This document shows positions 47,206-60,952 of a stretch of 64,000 bases of DNA, in pieces. Both the position numbers and the translations under genes were made by a program. Numbering within the stretch: the stretch's first letter is position 1; every line of letters begins with the position of its first letter. The DNA lies in assembly GCA_028826165.1 (NCBI GenBank), contig JAPDFW010000070.1:806001-870000 (forward strand), written 5' to 3'. The stretch is from Anaeramoeba ignava BMAN (Eukaryota > Protista > Anaeramoebae). The notes beneath the pieces were generated by a model. It was not told the origin of the DNA and ran no database searches. It saw only the letters and a program-made list of their open reading frames with translations.

Positions 47206-50200
47206 TTAAATAATTGAACTTTCATCTTTTGTCATTTTCAATTTTGTGAATAAATCATTAAATTCTTCACTTGATTTAAAAGATATCCAAAAAGAAAAAG
47301 GAAAACCAAATCTTGACAAAGATAATCTTCTTTTTTTTTTATATTTAGAACGAGGTTCTTCTTTGATAGTACAATTTGGATCAATATCAATAACATCTAT
47401 TGGAATCGATAAAGTACTTTCACTTGGTTCATAAACCGCCAAATATTTTCCTTTTAGAACCAAGTGTCTTTTTTTCCATGCCTTTTTAATCCCCTTAATT
47501 TTCACACAAACTAAATATTCTCCTTCAATAATTGTTTTTTTATTCAATCTTTCTTGTTGTGAATAAAGTGCAATTTTATTGTTTGTTGAAAATTTCAATC
47601 TTTTCTGATTCTTTTTCAATTCATGAGGTTCTTTATAAAATAAACTATCCAAATCTGGTGTATTTGTTTTATCTGTTTCAAATCGGAACAAAAATTCTTG
47701 GAAAAACTTGAAAAAAATTTCTAACTTTTCAATTTCTTTAATCATTAAATCCATTTTCTGATGGAATTGTCCAATTTTGCAAATTGTTGATTCTCCAAAA
47801 TATTTATTTTGATCTTCTTCATTAAATTGATCAATAATAAGAAAAATATCTTGAGCAAAAAGATCTGTTGTTGTTTGCTTTTGGTTTTCTAAGCATAATG
47901 TTTGGGGTCGGAAATTCACTGTTTGAAGTTGTGTTGGTTGAGCTTCATTAAAAGATTCTTCAAAAAGGAATTGAGAATGTTGCTATATTTTTTTTTTAAT
48001 AAATCAAAATTAATTTAAAATTCATTTAAAATTCATTTAAAAAATCTTACAGTTATTTTTTGGAAAAATTGTTTCAATTTCTTTTCATTTTTTGAAATTT
48101 CAGAATTCATAAATTTCATATAAGATTTTGATTCTCCAAATTTGATTCCTGTTGCTAAATTTGTTAAAATGGATGCAATTAATACTAATCCTCGTTTGGC
48201 TGTTTCCTTTAATTCCCCTAATAAAAGAAGAAATATAGAAAGAATTTTGATTTTAATTTTGATCTTAATTTTATAAATGAATTTTAAATTTCTACAATCA
48301 ATAATTCCAAATGAATGAGGAGAAACAATTGCAGGACAAAAACAACGAATAAAAAGAAACGTTCCTAATATATCAAATTCAGTTTGAGGGAATTTTGCTG
48401 ATACTTCAGATTTAATATGCTGGCAAATGGATTTAAAATGATAAGGAATTAAATGAACAGAGTTAAAAATTGATTGTAGAAAAATCTTGAAATATTTGCG
48501 TAAATGAGATGTATTTTTGGAATAACTTGAAGATAATTCAGGATTCACTTCAAAATTAAAATTGGAATCATTAATTTCCTTAATTAAATGAGATAAAACT
48601 GTTTTCAAATATTGGTTTCCATAAAACTTGGCAAAATTTGTTAATGAAATGGATGTGATTTCATTTGAACGAAATAAAAAAGATGGAGTGCTTGTTTCAA
48701 AAACATGTTTTGATATTTGAAACTTAAGAAATGCAAGATGACCAAATGGTTCAAATAAAGTTGTTATTCTTGTGCTTAAAGATCCAATTGCTGTTTGAGT
48801 TAAATCTAATTGCATTAAATTATAAAGATATTCGATATCTTTTCTTCTTAAAAACGTCCCTAAATATTTCTCTCCTTTTTCAATGCAAGTCAGTAAAGAT
48901 GTTGATTCTGTTGGTTCTTTTTCATTGTTTCTAATTGATTTTTGATTTGCTTTGTTGTCTTCAAAAAGATGTTTTGTTACTAATCGCAAAATTTTTCCAA
49001 CAGATTGTTTTCGCGAATTTTCAATCATTTCTTTTGCTTTCTAAATTTATATTTATTATTATTATTTTAAATTTTTTTATTCAATAAAAAATTTTCTTTT
49101 TCTAATTTTATTGCTTTTTTTTTCTCTTTCACCTTTTCATGCTTTTCAATTCCAAATCTTTCAAGTAATTTAATTAAAACTTCTTGTAAAAAAGGAATAT
49201 CATTCATTCCACCAACTGTTTCATTAAAATATTGATGAAGTAATCCATAAATTTTAAAAGAATAACCTGTTTCAAAAAAAAAAAGAAGAAAGTCAATAAA
49301 AAATTAAGGAAAAAATGAATAAATATTCTTTTCACCTTGTTGAATAATTTTTTCTTCAGAGATCAGAGAAGTTAATTTAAAAGTGAGTTTTCGTTTGAAA
49401 TTCATGCAAATAGAATAAAAATCTAAGAATGAAAAAATATAATTTTTCAATTCTTTTGGTTCATCTTTCCAATAATTATCAGTTTCAAAATAATCATTCA
49501 ATTCAAAGTAAATCTGAAAAGGATCAACCTCGAAATTATCGCCTCCAATTAGAATTCTTTTCAATTCAAAAAGAGAATTCTGTTTTTTTTGTATTATTTG
49601 ATTTTCTTCCAAAAAATTGGTAATATTTTGGAATAGCGTGTCAAATGCAAGATTTATCGAAATTCCCTTTAAATCAATAACCATGTTCTGCAACTCCAGA
49701 AAGAAGGGATTATCCCGAAGCTTTTCTATTTTTAAATTCCCAATTATAAATATTAATATCTGCTGAATTTGGTACTCGAAATCTTCCAATGTGGAAATTT
49801 CAAATAAATTCGATAAAATGAACTCATTAAATTTATCCGAATATTTTTCAATATTCTCGTCAGAAACAGAGATATTGAATTGATATCGTTGATTTTCCGA
49901 AATTTCATGTGGTTTTACATAAAATGGATTTGTTGGTATTTTTTCCTTTTTGATGTTTAATTCCTGAATTTTTTTGTGATTCCGAAAAAGTTGAGATTTG
50001 AGATTATCAATCAATTTAATTTTTTCTTTTTTGGCCTCTTCCTTGTTGATTTCTTCGATTGTCTGCGGTGAAAGATTATTGTTTCCCTGATTTTGCAGGG
50101 TTTTCTTGTCTGTGTTTTCATCCATTTTTTTCTTCACTTGATTTTCAAGAAAAATATCAATTGATTCTTTTTTATCGAAATGTAGAAAATACTTCTTATT

Positions 50201-52203
50201 TTTTTGGTTCTTATTCTTGTTTTGATTCTTATTATCTAGGAAATTATAATCAAATCCCTGAACAGTAAAACTCTTTTGCAATGAATTCAGCGCTAAATCA
50301 TCCATAACTTTTTTCTGCGTTGAAGTTTTTTCAGGACTTTCTTGACTTAAATTCTTGATCAAATCTCTATTCAATTTTGGGGGTTTTTCAAATGAGAAAA
50401 ACTTTCTAGGTTTGTATCTTTCATTTGATATTCTTCTTTTATTGCGGCTTTTTAAGCCCTGCACATTTGGATCTGATTTTTGTCTTTCAAGCTCTTTTTC
50501 AACGGCTTGTTGAAGCCATTTAAATGTTTTTGTGTTTTGGTTCTCCATTGATAATCTTTTATGAATATTTTTGGCTGTTCTTTTATTAAATTTTGGTTCG
50601 ATTACAGTTAAATTTGCATTTTCTCCAATTCCAAGTGAATTCAATCTATTCAACTGGAATCTTGTCAATATTTTATCAAGCTTTTCTTCACTTGATAGTG
50701 TTCGGTTTGGTTTGGTGTATACAATATATTGTTCTATATCATCATTTTCAGAAAAATTTACAACAGGATCTTGAATTGAAAAATTCAAAGATTGTTTTCT
50801 TTTTTCTTTCGGTTTGATATTTTTTGGGAATAGTTCAGAAAATGGTTCAAATTCTGGTGATGCTTTTACATGAATCCAAATGTATAAATAGGCAATAAAT
50901 TTCAAGATATTATTTTCTTTTCCCTTTTTAATTTTAATATTAATATTAATATTAAATTTAAATTGAATATTAATTTTAATTATAATTTACATTTGCTATA
51001 TCTTTTGGTAAACATGTAAATCCTGAATAATCTGTTTCAGAAAATTTTTCTAACATTTTTTTGATTCTATTTTGATTTCCATGAATTTTTTCAATTTCAG
51101 GGAAAATAAGATCAGGAAATAATTTTGATAAAAGGTTTTTTAAAGGAGCACCATTCTAATAATCAATTTAGAATTAAAATTAATTTAGAATTAAAATTAG
51201 AATTAAAATTGAATTTAAAATTAAAATTGAAATTCAATTTAAAATTAATATTCAATTTAAAATTTAGAATTAATAATCAATTTAAAATTAATCAATTTAG
51301 AATTAATAATCAATTTAAAATTAATAATCAATTTAAAATTAATATTCAATTTAAAATTAATAATCTTAAATTAAAATTAATATTCAATTTATTCAAATTA
51401 GAATTAATAATTTAGAATTAATATTCAATTTAAAATTAAAATTAAATTTAAATTAATATTCAATTTAAAATTAATATTCAATTTAAAATTAAATTGAAAT
51501 TAAAATTAATATTCAATTTAAAATTAAAATTAAATTTAGAATTAATATTCAATTTAAAAATTAATAATCAATTTAAAATTAATATTCAATTTAGAATTAA
51601 AATTCAAATTAAAAATTAAAATCAATTTAAAATTAAATTAAAATTAAAATTAAATTAATATTCAATTTAGAATTAAAATTGAATTTAAAATTAATATTCA
51701 ATTTAAAATTAAAATTAAATTTAAATTAATATTCAATTGAAATTCAAATTAAAAATTAATTTAAATTAAAATTGAATTCAATTTATAATTAAATTTAATA
51801 TTCAATTTAAAATTTAATAAATTAATATTCAATTTAAATTATTCAATTTAAAATTAATAATCAATTTAAAATTTAATATTCAATTTAGAATTAAAATTAA
51901 AATTCAAATTCAATTTAAAATTGAATTTAGAATTAGGAGTGTAAGTTTTTTTTTCTATTTTAATTTCGAATTTCGATTTTTTCTTTATTCTTCTTAAATT
52001 AAAATTAAAATTATAATAACAACCTTCCAATCTTTTGAAAAATTTGATATTTGTAGAGGATCAATAAGAGAATTAACCCAATTAATTAAAATTTTTTGAG
52101 GTGAATAAAGAACTTCATCATTTTTTCCAAAACACTTTTGATGATTAATTTTTGTGACATTAGCTAAAATTATAAGTAATTCTGGTGGTTGTGGTCTTGA
52201 CAT
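47206..52203 (-). CDS. Calponin-homology + RasGAP + C-terminal PH protein, multi-exon (~52203-52024, 51155-~50991, 50923-~49336, ~49266-49133, ~49041-48296, 48217-~48051, ~47982-47206)
   Basis: CH (PQKILINWVNS..ISNFSKDWK/NG); RasGAP arginine finger FLFRSN, FEVNP, FLFIRCFCPAIVSP and RGLVLIASILTNLA; PH (EGEYL..WKKRHLVLKGKYLAVYE). Some boundaries are approximate. Confidence 0.85.
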
Positions 52204-52439
52204 TCAAAATTTAATAAGAGAAAAACAGAAAAAAAAAAGAAAAAATTGAAATTGAAAAAAAAAAAAATTTTTTTAAAAAAAGAATAAAAAAAAATTTTAA
52301 AATAAAATAAAATAAAAAAAGGAAACAAAAAGAGAAAAATTTCCGAAATTGAAAAATTGTTCCGATTGTAATAAATTAAGTTTTCTTTTCCTTTATTTTT
52401 GATCAACAAAAATTTTACAAAACAGTTTCTTATTTTAAT

Positions 52440-53550
52440 TGTAAATTTTGATTTTGATTTTAATTTTGGATTTATATTTTGATTTTGGATTTATATTTTT
52501 TTTGATTTTGATTTTGATTTTAATTTTGATTTTAATTTTGGATTTAATTTTGATTTTGATTTTTTGATTTTAAAAATTTTGATTTTGATTTTGATTTTGA
52601 TTTTGATTTAATTTTGATTTTGATTTAAATTTGATTTAATTTTAATTTTGATTTTGATTTGATTTTCTAATTTTGATTTTGATTTTAATTTTAATTTTGA
52701 TGATTTTGATTTTTTTGATTTTTATTTATTTTGATTTTGATTTTAATTTTTGATTTTATTTTAATTTTAATTTTGATTTTAATTTTGATTTTGATTTTAA
52801 TTTTGATTTTGATTTTGATTTTGATTTTGATTTGATTTTTTTTTAATTTTTTGATTTTGATTTTGATTTTGATTTCAATATTTTGATTTTGATTTTAAAA
52901 ATTTTTTAATTTTGATTTTTCTAATTTTGATTTTGATTTTGATTTTGATTTTAATTTTATATTGTTTTGATTTTGGAGGTTGATTATTTTGATTTTAACT
53001 TTTTGAAGAAATATTATTGAATATTTTTTTGAATTTAATTATAAATATAATTTTAATTTTTTTTTGATTTTGATTTTGGATTTATTTTTGATTTTTTAAT
53101 TTTAATTTGATTTTTAATTTTGAATATTTAATTATTTTTATAATTTTAATTTTAAATATTTGATTTTGATTTTCATATTTCTTTTTTTTTTTGATTTTGA
53201 TTTTGTTTTTTGATTTTTTAATTTTGATTTTTTCTTTTTGATTTTTGTTTTTGTTTTTTGATTTTAATTTTGATTTTTGATTTTCATTTTGTTTTTGTTT
53301 TTTGATTTTGTTTTTTGTTTTTTTTTTTTTTTTTTTTTGATTTTGATTTTCATTTTGTTTTTGATTTTTCTTGTTTTTTGATTTTTGTCTTAAATTTTTC
53401 TTTTTTGATTTTTGATTTTGATTTTGATTTTTCTTTTTGGAATTTTGATTTTGATTTTGATTTTGATTTTGATTTTGATTTTGATTTTTTGATTTTTGAT
53501 TTTGATTTTGATTTTTGAATTTTGATTTTCATTTGATTTTTGATTTTTTG
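52440..53550. repeat. Degenerate (TTTTGA)n microsatellite
   Basis: Visible directly. Confidence 0.85.
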
Positions 53551-53553
53551 ATT

Positions 53554-55053
53554 TTAATTTTGATTTTGATTTTGATTTTGATTTTGATTTTGATTTTGAT
53601 TTTGATTTTCATTTTGATTTTGATTTTGATTTTGATTTTGATTTTGAATTTTTGGTAAAAATCTTCCATGTTGATCACGTCCTCTTTTATTAGCTTGCTC
53701 AATACGTCTTTGTCTAGATCTTGGATTTGAAAAATCAAAACCTGTTATAAGTTCTGCTTCTAATTGTAATTTAAATAATTTTTGTCTTTCTTCTCGTCTT
53801 TTAAGAATTCTGCTATATTGTTTTGGATTAACAAATCTTGGAGGTTGATTATCTTTTGCAAAAACCTCCATATTTTGAGTTAAAGCTTGAATAATTAAGA
53901 AGAAATATAAAAAATATTGAATATTATTTAATATTATTGAATATTATTTAATATTTATTGGATATTATTTAATATTTATTGAATATTATTGAATATTATT
54001 TAAATAAATATTTAATTTATTTGCAAATTAATTTGAATCATTTCTTCTATTTCTTTTTATTTGTGTTTTTTTTGTTTTGTTGTTTTTGTTTTTGTTTCTG
54101 TTTCTGTTTCTGTTTCTTTTTCTGTTTCTTTTTGTTTTTGTTTTTGTTTTGTTTTTTTGTTTTTGTTTTTGTGTTTGTTTTTGTTTTTGTGTTTGTTTTT
54201 GTTTTTGTTTTTGTTTTTGTTTTTGTTTTTGTTTTTGTGTTTGTTTTTGTGTTTGTTTTTGTGTTTGTTTTTGTTTTTTTTGTTCTTCTTGTTTTTGTAA
54301 AAAATTTTTCAATAAATTTAATTCTTCTTTCGTTTTTCTTTGTTTGGTTCGTTTATCTTTGATTTTTTCTTTTTGTGGAATTTTTCTTTTCACTTTCCTT
54401 TTTTGAATTGAATTTGATTTTGAAATAGAATTTGATTTTGATTTTGAAATTGAAATTGAATTTGATTTTGATTTTGATTTTTAATTTGAATTTAATTTTG
54501 AATTTGAATTGAAATTTAATTTTGATTTTGAATTTAATTTTGAATTTGAATTTGAAATTGAATTTGATTTTGATTTTGAATTTAATTTTGAATTAGATTT
54601 TGAATTTGAATTAGGTATTGAACTTGGTACTGAACTGGGAATAAAATTAGACATGAAATTTGAATTAGAATTGGAAATAGAATTTAATCTTGAATTTAGT
54701 TCTGAAATTGAAAAAGGTTTTGGTGTTGAATTTAAAAAAGGTATAAATTTTGTATTTGTATTTGTATTTGTATTTGAAGTTGAAGTTGAAGTTGATTTTT
54801 GATTTGAAAATGAAAAAGAATTTGGTGTTGAAAGAGGATTTAAAACGAAATTTGAATTTAAATTTGAATTTGTATTTGAATTTGTATTTGAATTTGTATT
54901 TAAATTTGAATTTGAATTTATATTTGAATTTGTATTTATATTTGGATTTGAATTTGAATTTGAATTTGAATTTAAAGTTAAATTTAAAATGGAAATTTTT
55001 TTAGAATTTGAATTGGAAGTTGATTTAGAATTTGAATTTGAAGTTGAATCCAT
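53554..55053 (-). CDS. NFYA: NF-YA/HAP2-like CCAAT-binding subunit (conserved domain 53871-53655); the upstream S/N- and Q/K-rich part is interrupted, so the model is uncertain
   Basis: PRFVNPKQYSRILKRREERQKL matches the NF-YA A1 helix, and R.RDQHGRF matches the A2/GRF end. Upstream ORF pieces 55053-54481 and 54480-54028 share one frame, separated by a TAA. Confidence 0.7.
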
Positions 55054-55223
55054 TTTAAATTTTAAATTTTTAAATCAAATTTTTATATTAAATTTTTTTA
55101 TTAAAAATCGTTGAAAAAAAAAATGAAAAAAAATGAAAAAAATTTAATTTTCATTTTCTTCTCTTTTTCTCTTTTTTTTTATATTTTTTTATTAAAGAAA
55201 ATTATTTAAAATCAAATTAAAAA

Positions 55224-57489
55224 ATGGATAAGGAAAATAATGATATTAGAATTTTAGTTATTGGTACTGGTGGTTCTGGAAGAAGATGTTTAATTATTCG
55301 TTTTGTTCAAGATCATTTTATTGATTAGTTAAAAATCTATTAATCTATTAATCTATTTTCTATTAATCTATTAATCTATTAATTTATTAATTTATTAATC
55401 TATTAATTTATTAATTTATTAATTTATTAATCTATTAATTTATTGATTTATTAATTTATTAATTTATTAATTTATAATATTTATCTATTTATTAATCAAT
55501 TTATCTATTAATTTATTAATCTATTAATCTATTAATCTATTAATCTATTAATTTATCTATTAATTTATTAATTTATTAATTTATTAATCTATTAATTTAT
55601 TAATCTATTAATTTATTAATCTATTAATTTATTAATTTATTAATCTATTAATCTATTAATTTATTAATCTATTAATTTATTAATTTATTTATTTATTAAA
55701 TAGTTCTTATGATTATTTTTATGATTCGGAATATGAAAGAAAATGTATAGAACTTGATGGTGAAAAATTATTTTTGCAAATCCGTTTCTTTACTTTATAT
55801 GATGAATACATACCAAGAGAAGATCTTCATTTTGCAAACGAAGATATATTTGTTATTGTAATTTCAATTATAAACAGATATGGTGAATTGGATGAAGTTA
55901 GAAATTTAATTCAAAAAATTAAAAGATATAAAGATATTGATGATTTGAGATCAACAACTGTGATCTTAGTTGCTAATAAAAAAGATTTAGAAGAACAGAG
56001 ATACTTATCAACTCAAGAAATGGAAATGTTTGCTAAAGAAAATGATATGCTATTTATCGAAATTTCAGTTAAAACTCGAGAAAATGTGGATGAATGCTTT
56101 TATAAAGCAATTCGTGATTATTTACAGAAAAAAAAACAAATTCAACTTGAGAATGAAAAAAAGAACAAAAAAAATCAAAAGAAGAAGTTTTTTGGCAAAA
56201 TTTTCCACTCAAAACAAAAAAAACAAAAACAAATCCCTCCAGAGCCTAAACTACCAAACCCTTTCCCAAAACCCATATTAGAACTAACTCCAAACACTTA
56301 CCAAAATGATTTTTTCCAATTATTGAATGATAAAACCTTCTCAGATATTGAATTTGTTATCATATCAAACGAAAAACAAGTCGAATCTTTGTTTGTTCAT
56401 CGAATTGTTTTGTATTCAAGAAATGAAATATTCAAAGAATTTTTGGATAAATTTTTAAACAATTCAGACGATTTGGAGGAATTTTCACAAAGATATTTCA
56501 TGAAAATTCAAAAAAAAGAAGAGATGAAAGAAATAAAAGAAATTAAAGAAATTAAAGAAATTAAATACTCCATCTCTCAAAATCAAACCGTAATCCATGT
56601 TGAATATCCATTTCTCCCATTTTATACTATGATCAAATATATCTATTGTGGAATGATTGATGAAAAAGTGATGGAAAATCCAGAATTAGTGATTCAAATA
56701 CTCTCAATTTCTGATTTATTTAAAGTTAAAAGACTTAATTTGATTATGGAGAGTCTCAATAAAAAAAACCAACCAAATCAACAAATCCAAAGCCAAATCC
56801 AAAACCAAGGAAATGAACTAACACATGAACAAAAAATAGAAGGATTATTGAAATTGGAGGTTGATTTCATGCAAAATTGTTTCAGTAGATTAGTAAAATC
56901 TGGAACATTCAGTGATTTTTCTATTGTTGGATGTGAAGGAAATGAAAAGCAAATGGTAAAAGCTCATTTGGCAATATTAGCTCAAAGATGCGACTATTTC
57001 AAATCACTTTCCCAGCATCAAATGAAAGAAAATATCCAAAAAGAGGTTGTTTTCGAAGATATTGGCATAGAATCATTGCTTATGATCTTGGAATACATTT
57101 ATTCAAATCGTTTTTTCCCTCCAAATATTGATATTGCACTTAAAGAAGATAACCAAACTTTCATCTGCAACTCAAATAGAACAATGCTTGAACTAATGAT
57201 TTTAAGCGATTATTTCCAAATAGAAAGATTGAAAAGATTGACCCAAATCAATTTGTCACAAACTTTAAGCCATGAAATGCTGATTCAAGCTCTTCATGTT
57301 TCAAAAAGATCAAATGCTCCATTTCTGCAACAATTTTGTTATTGGGAAATTGGAAGAAATTTCCAAAAATTTTCAAAAACAAAAAATTTCAAAAAACTAC
57401 CTCAAGAAGATAAAGAAGAAATTACTAAATTAAGATTTCCTCCAAAAGAGTATGATGATTATCAAAAAAAATATGGGAATCGGAAATAA
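55224..57489 (+). CDS. Ras-like (probably pseudo-)GTPase plus two BTB domains (RhoBTB-like layout); exons 55224-55327, 55704-57489
   Basis: ILVIGTGGSGRRCLIIRFV, VILVANKKDLEEQR and FIEISVKT; BTB1 FSDIEF..VHRIVLYSR; BTB2 FSDF..AHLAILAQRCDYFKSL..LEYIYS. The intron is filled with a 9-mer repeat. Confidence 0.88.
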
Positions 57490-57579
57490 TTCTTTCAATT
57501 AGAAAAAAGAGAAATTTTAATTTTTTCATTTTTTCTTTTCATTTCAAAAAATAATTAAAGCAGAGAGAAATAAAAAAAA

Positions 57580-60500
57580 ATGGATATTTGGGAAGCAATT
57601 AGTCAAAATAATATTGAATTTATAAAGAACATTCAAAAAATTCCTGAAAATGAATTGGAAAAAGAATCAAAACCAATTTTGCATTTTGCAATAGAGAAAA
57701 AAAGTTCTTGTGAAATAATTAGAAATCTTCTTGAAAAGGGAGCTGAATTAAATTCAAAAAACAAACTCAATCAAACAGCACTTCATTTAGCAATTATTCA
57801 TAAATCTGAAATTGAAGTAATTGAATTACTAATAGAAAAGGGAATTGGAATAGGAAATTTTGACAAAAAGAACAAAACACCTCTTTATTATGCAATATCA
57901 ACTTTAAGAGAAAATAGATTAGAAATTATCAAGATTCTTCTTAAAAACCAAATCAACATTAATTCGGTATCATCAAGTTATAAAAACCCTTTGCAGACTG
58001 CTTGTAAGCAAAGAGATTCTATTGAAATTGTTAAGTTTCTTGTTGAAAATGGAGCTGATATAAACGCAACAACAGTGATGAATGAGACTGCTTTGCATAT
58101 TGCTTGTAAGCAAAGAGATTCTATTGAAATTGTTAAGTTTCTTGTTGAAAATGGAGCTGATATAAACGCAGAAACAATATATCTATTTAGTGATGAGAGA
58201 AAAACGCCTTTTCATTTTGCTTGTGAATACAACACAATTCAAGTGATTGATTTTTTAATTGAAAATGGAGCTGATATACATGCAACAACTGATGAAAAGA
58301 AAAACGGTTTACATTTTGCTTGTGAAAAAAATACAGTTGAGGTGATCACTTTTTTGATTGAAAAAGGACTGAATATTTATTCAAAAGAAACCAGAAAAGA
58401 ATCCAATTTGCATCTTGCATGTAAATCAAATTCATTTGATGTTGTTAAGTTTCTCTTTGAAAAATATCCTGATAATGATATGAAATCTGATCAAGATATA
58501 ACTCCTCTGCATTATGCTTGTTTAAATAGAAAAGATGCACCTAAAATTGTTAAATTCCTTATTGAAAATGGAGCTGATGTAAATGCTAAAATGAAAGAAA
58601 ATCAAACCCCTTTGCATTTTGCTTTTCAACCAAGAAGAGATCCATTTGGAGTTGTTAAATGTCTTGTTGAAAATGGAGCTGATGTAAACGCAAAAACAAT
58701 TAGAAATGAAACACCTTTACATTTTGCTTTTAGGTACGATACTTCATTCGAAGTTGTTAAATGTCTTGTTGAAAATGGAGCTGACATAAATGCAAAAACA
58801 AAAGCAGATAAAACTCCTTTACATTTAATTTGTGAAAAATCAGATTATTCATTGGAGATTATCAAATTCCTTGTTGAAAATGGAGCTGATATAAACGCAA
58901 AAACATTCCTAAATCGAACTGTTTTACATTTACATTATCATTTTTGAAAATTTGATATAAAAAAAACATTCCTAAAATCGAACTGTTTTACATTTTTATA
59001 AAAATTCATTTGAATTGATTAAATATTTCGTTGAAAAAGGGTTTGATATCACTTCAAAAACAATTAAAAACGAAACAAATTTGCATTTTGCTTGTAAGCA
59101 TAATTCTATTGAAATTGTGGAATATTTTATCGAGAAAGGTGTTTCGATAAATGAAATAACACACAACCACGAAACAGCTTTCCATTTTGCTTGCGAACAA
59201 AATTCTATTGAAATTGTCAAATTATTGTTTGAGAAAGGAGCTAATATACATCTAAGAACAAATCAAAACGAAACAGCTTTGCATCTTTCTTGTAAAAAAC
59301 AAAATTCACTTGAGATTGTGAGGTTTTTGGTGGAAAAAGGAGTTAATCTGCATCTATTAAATAAATACAAAGAAACAGCTTTGCATACTGCTTGTCGTTA
59401 CCAAAATTCACTTGAATTGATTGAATTTCTTGTTGAAAATGGAGTTGATATCAATGCAAAAACATCTAGACAGGAAACAGCTTTATATTTAATATGTAAT
59501 CAAGAAAACTCATTTGAAAGTGTCAAATATTTAATTGAAAAAGGTGCTGATATCAATGCAAAAACAGAGAAAAACAAATCTCCTTTGCATGTTGCTTGTC
59601 GGCAACGAAATTCAACAGATACAATCAAATATTTGATTGAAAATGGAGCTTATATAAATGCAAATACTCTTTTAAATAAAACACCTTTGCATATCGCTTG
59701 CAAATATAAGCACACAATGGATGCTATCAAATTACTTGTTGAAAAAGGGTCTTATATTAACGCCAAAACATATCAAAATAAAACACCTTTGCATATTGCT
59801 TGTGAATACCAAGAATCGCTTGAATTGATTAAATTTCTTGTTGAAAATGGAGTTGATATCAATGAAAAAACAGCTCAACAGGAAACAGCTTTGCATCTAG
59901 CAAGCAAAAAATTCAAATCTTATGAAATTATCGAGTATCTGATTGAAAAAGGGATTGATATCAATTCAAAAACAAAAGAAGATAAAACAACCTTAGATTT
60001 TGCTATCATTAATCATAATGAAAATATCCAAAGATTATTATTGATGAATGATGCAAATGTTTTTGAGTTGAAATTCCGTCAAGCCACAAAGCAATTTATT
60101 GAAACTTTCTCAATTATTTATTCAATTAACGAAGATTTCCTAAATTTATTTCAATCAACAGATAATTTCTCAAACTGGAAAATTGAATGCAATGATTCTT
60201 CTAATTTTTTTGTTCACAATTTAATATTATCATTAAGACTTGATAACAGTGATTCAACTGTACAAAAATTTATCAATCTTTGCTATCAAAAACCAAGAAA
60301 AGATGTTGAACTTGCTTTGAATTTCATTTACACTGGATTTCCTAATTTGCAAAAAATAACCAAAAAACTTCTTAAACAACTAAATTTTACCTCAAATATC
60401 TTGATAAACCCACAACACAATCCTAATAAACAAACCCAATTACAACTAATGAAACTCCAAGAACAAGAAGATTGTGAAAAAGAAAAGGAAATTTCCAAAG

Positions 60501-60925
60501 AATTCGAGATGACGGAAGAATTCTTCAAAGAAATTGGATTAAATTCAAATTGGATGAAACAAAAAAAAGGAAAAAAAGGAATATTAAAAGATTTGCATAA
60601 ATTGTATCAACAAGAATCAACAAAAGATTTCACAATAATTTGTGAAGAAAAAGAAATTAAAGTTCATAAACTCATTTTGTTAACAAGAAGTGATTTATTT
60701 AAAGGAATGTTTCAATTAAATGTTTCCGATAAATCAAACCAAGTTCATGATTATTCAGGAAAATGTTTTGAAACTTTGAATCAAATGGTTTATTTTTTCT
60801 ATCATGACAATTTCAATCAATCACAAGAAATTAACAAAGAAATGATTAAAGAATTTGAAGATGTTAAAGACTATTTTCAATTAAATCAAAATTCGATGTT
60901 GGATTTGCTTTTGAGATTTATTTAA
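57580..60925 (+). CDS. Long ankyrin-repeat plus tandem BTB protein, broken at ~58920-59015 (pseudogene or assembly error)
   Basis: About 20 ankyrin repeats (TPLHxAC...LVENGADINAKT) across two ORFs in different frames; C-terminal KDFTIIC..IKVHKLILLTRSDLFKGMF..DYFQL. Confidence 0.85.
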
Positions 60926-60952
60926 TTGAAAAGAAAGAAAGAAAGAAAGAAT

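Noticed and set aside
54481-54483. Stop-codon reassignment (TAA read as sense)
   Set aside because: TAA terminates many well-supported genes here (CK2, importin-alpha, AlaX), and long conserved ORFs contain no in-frame TAA.
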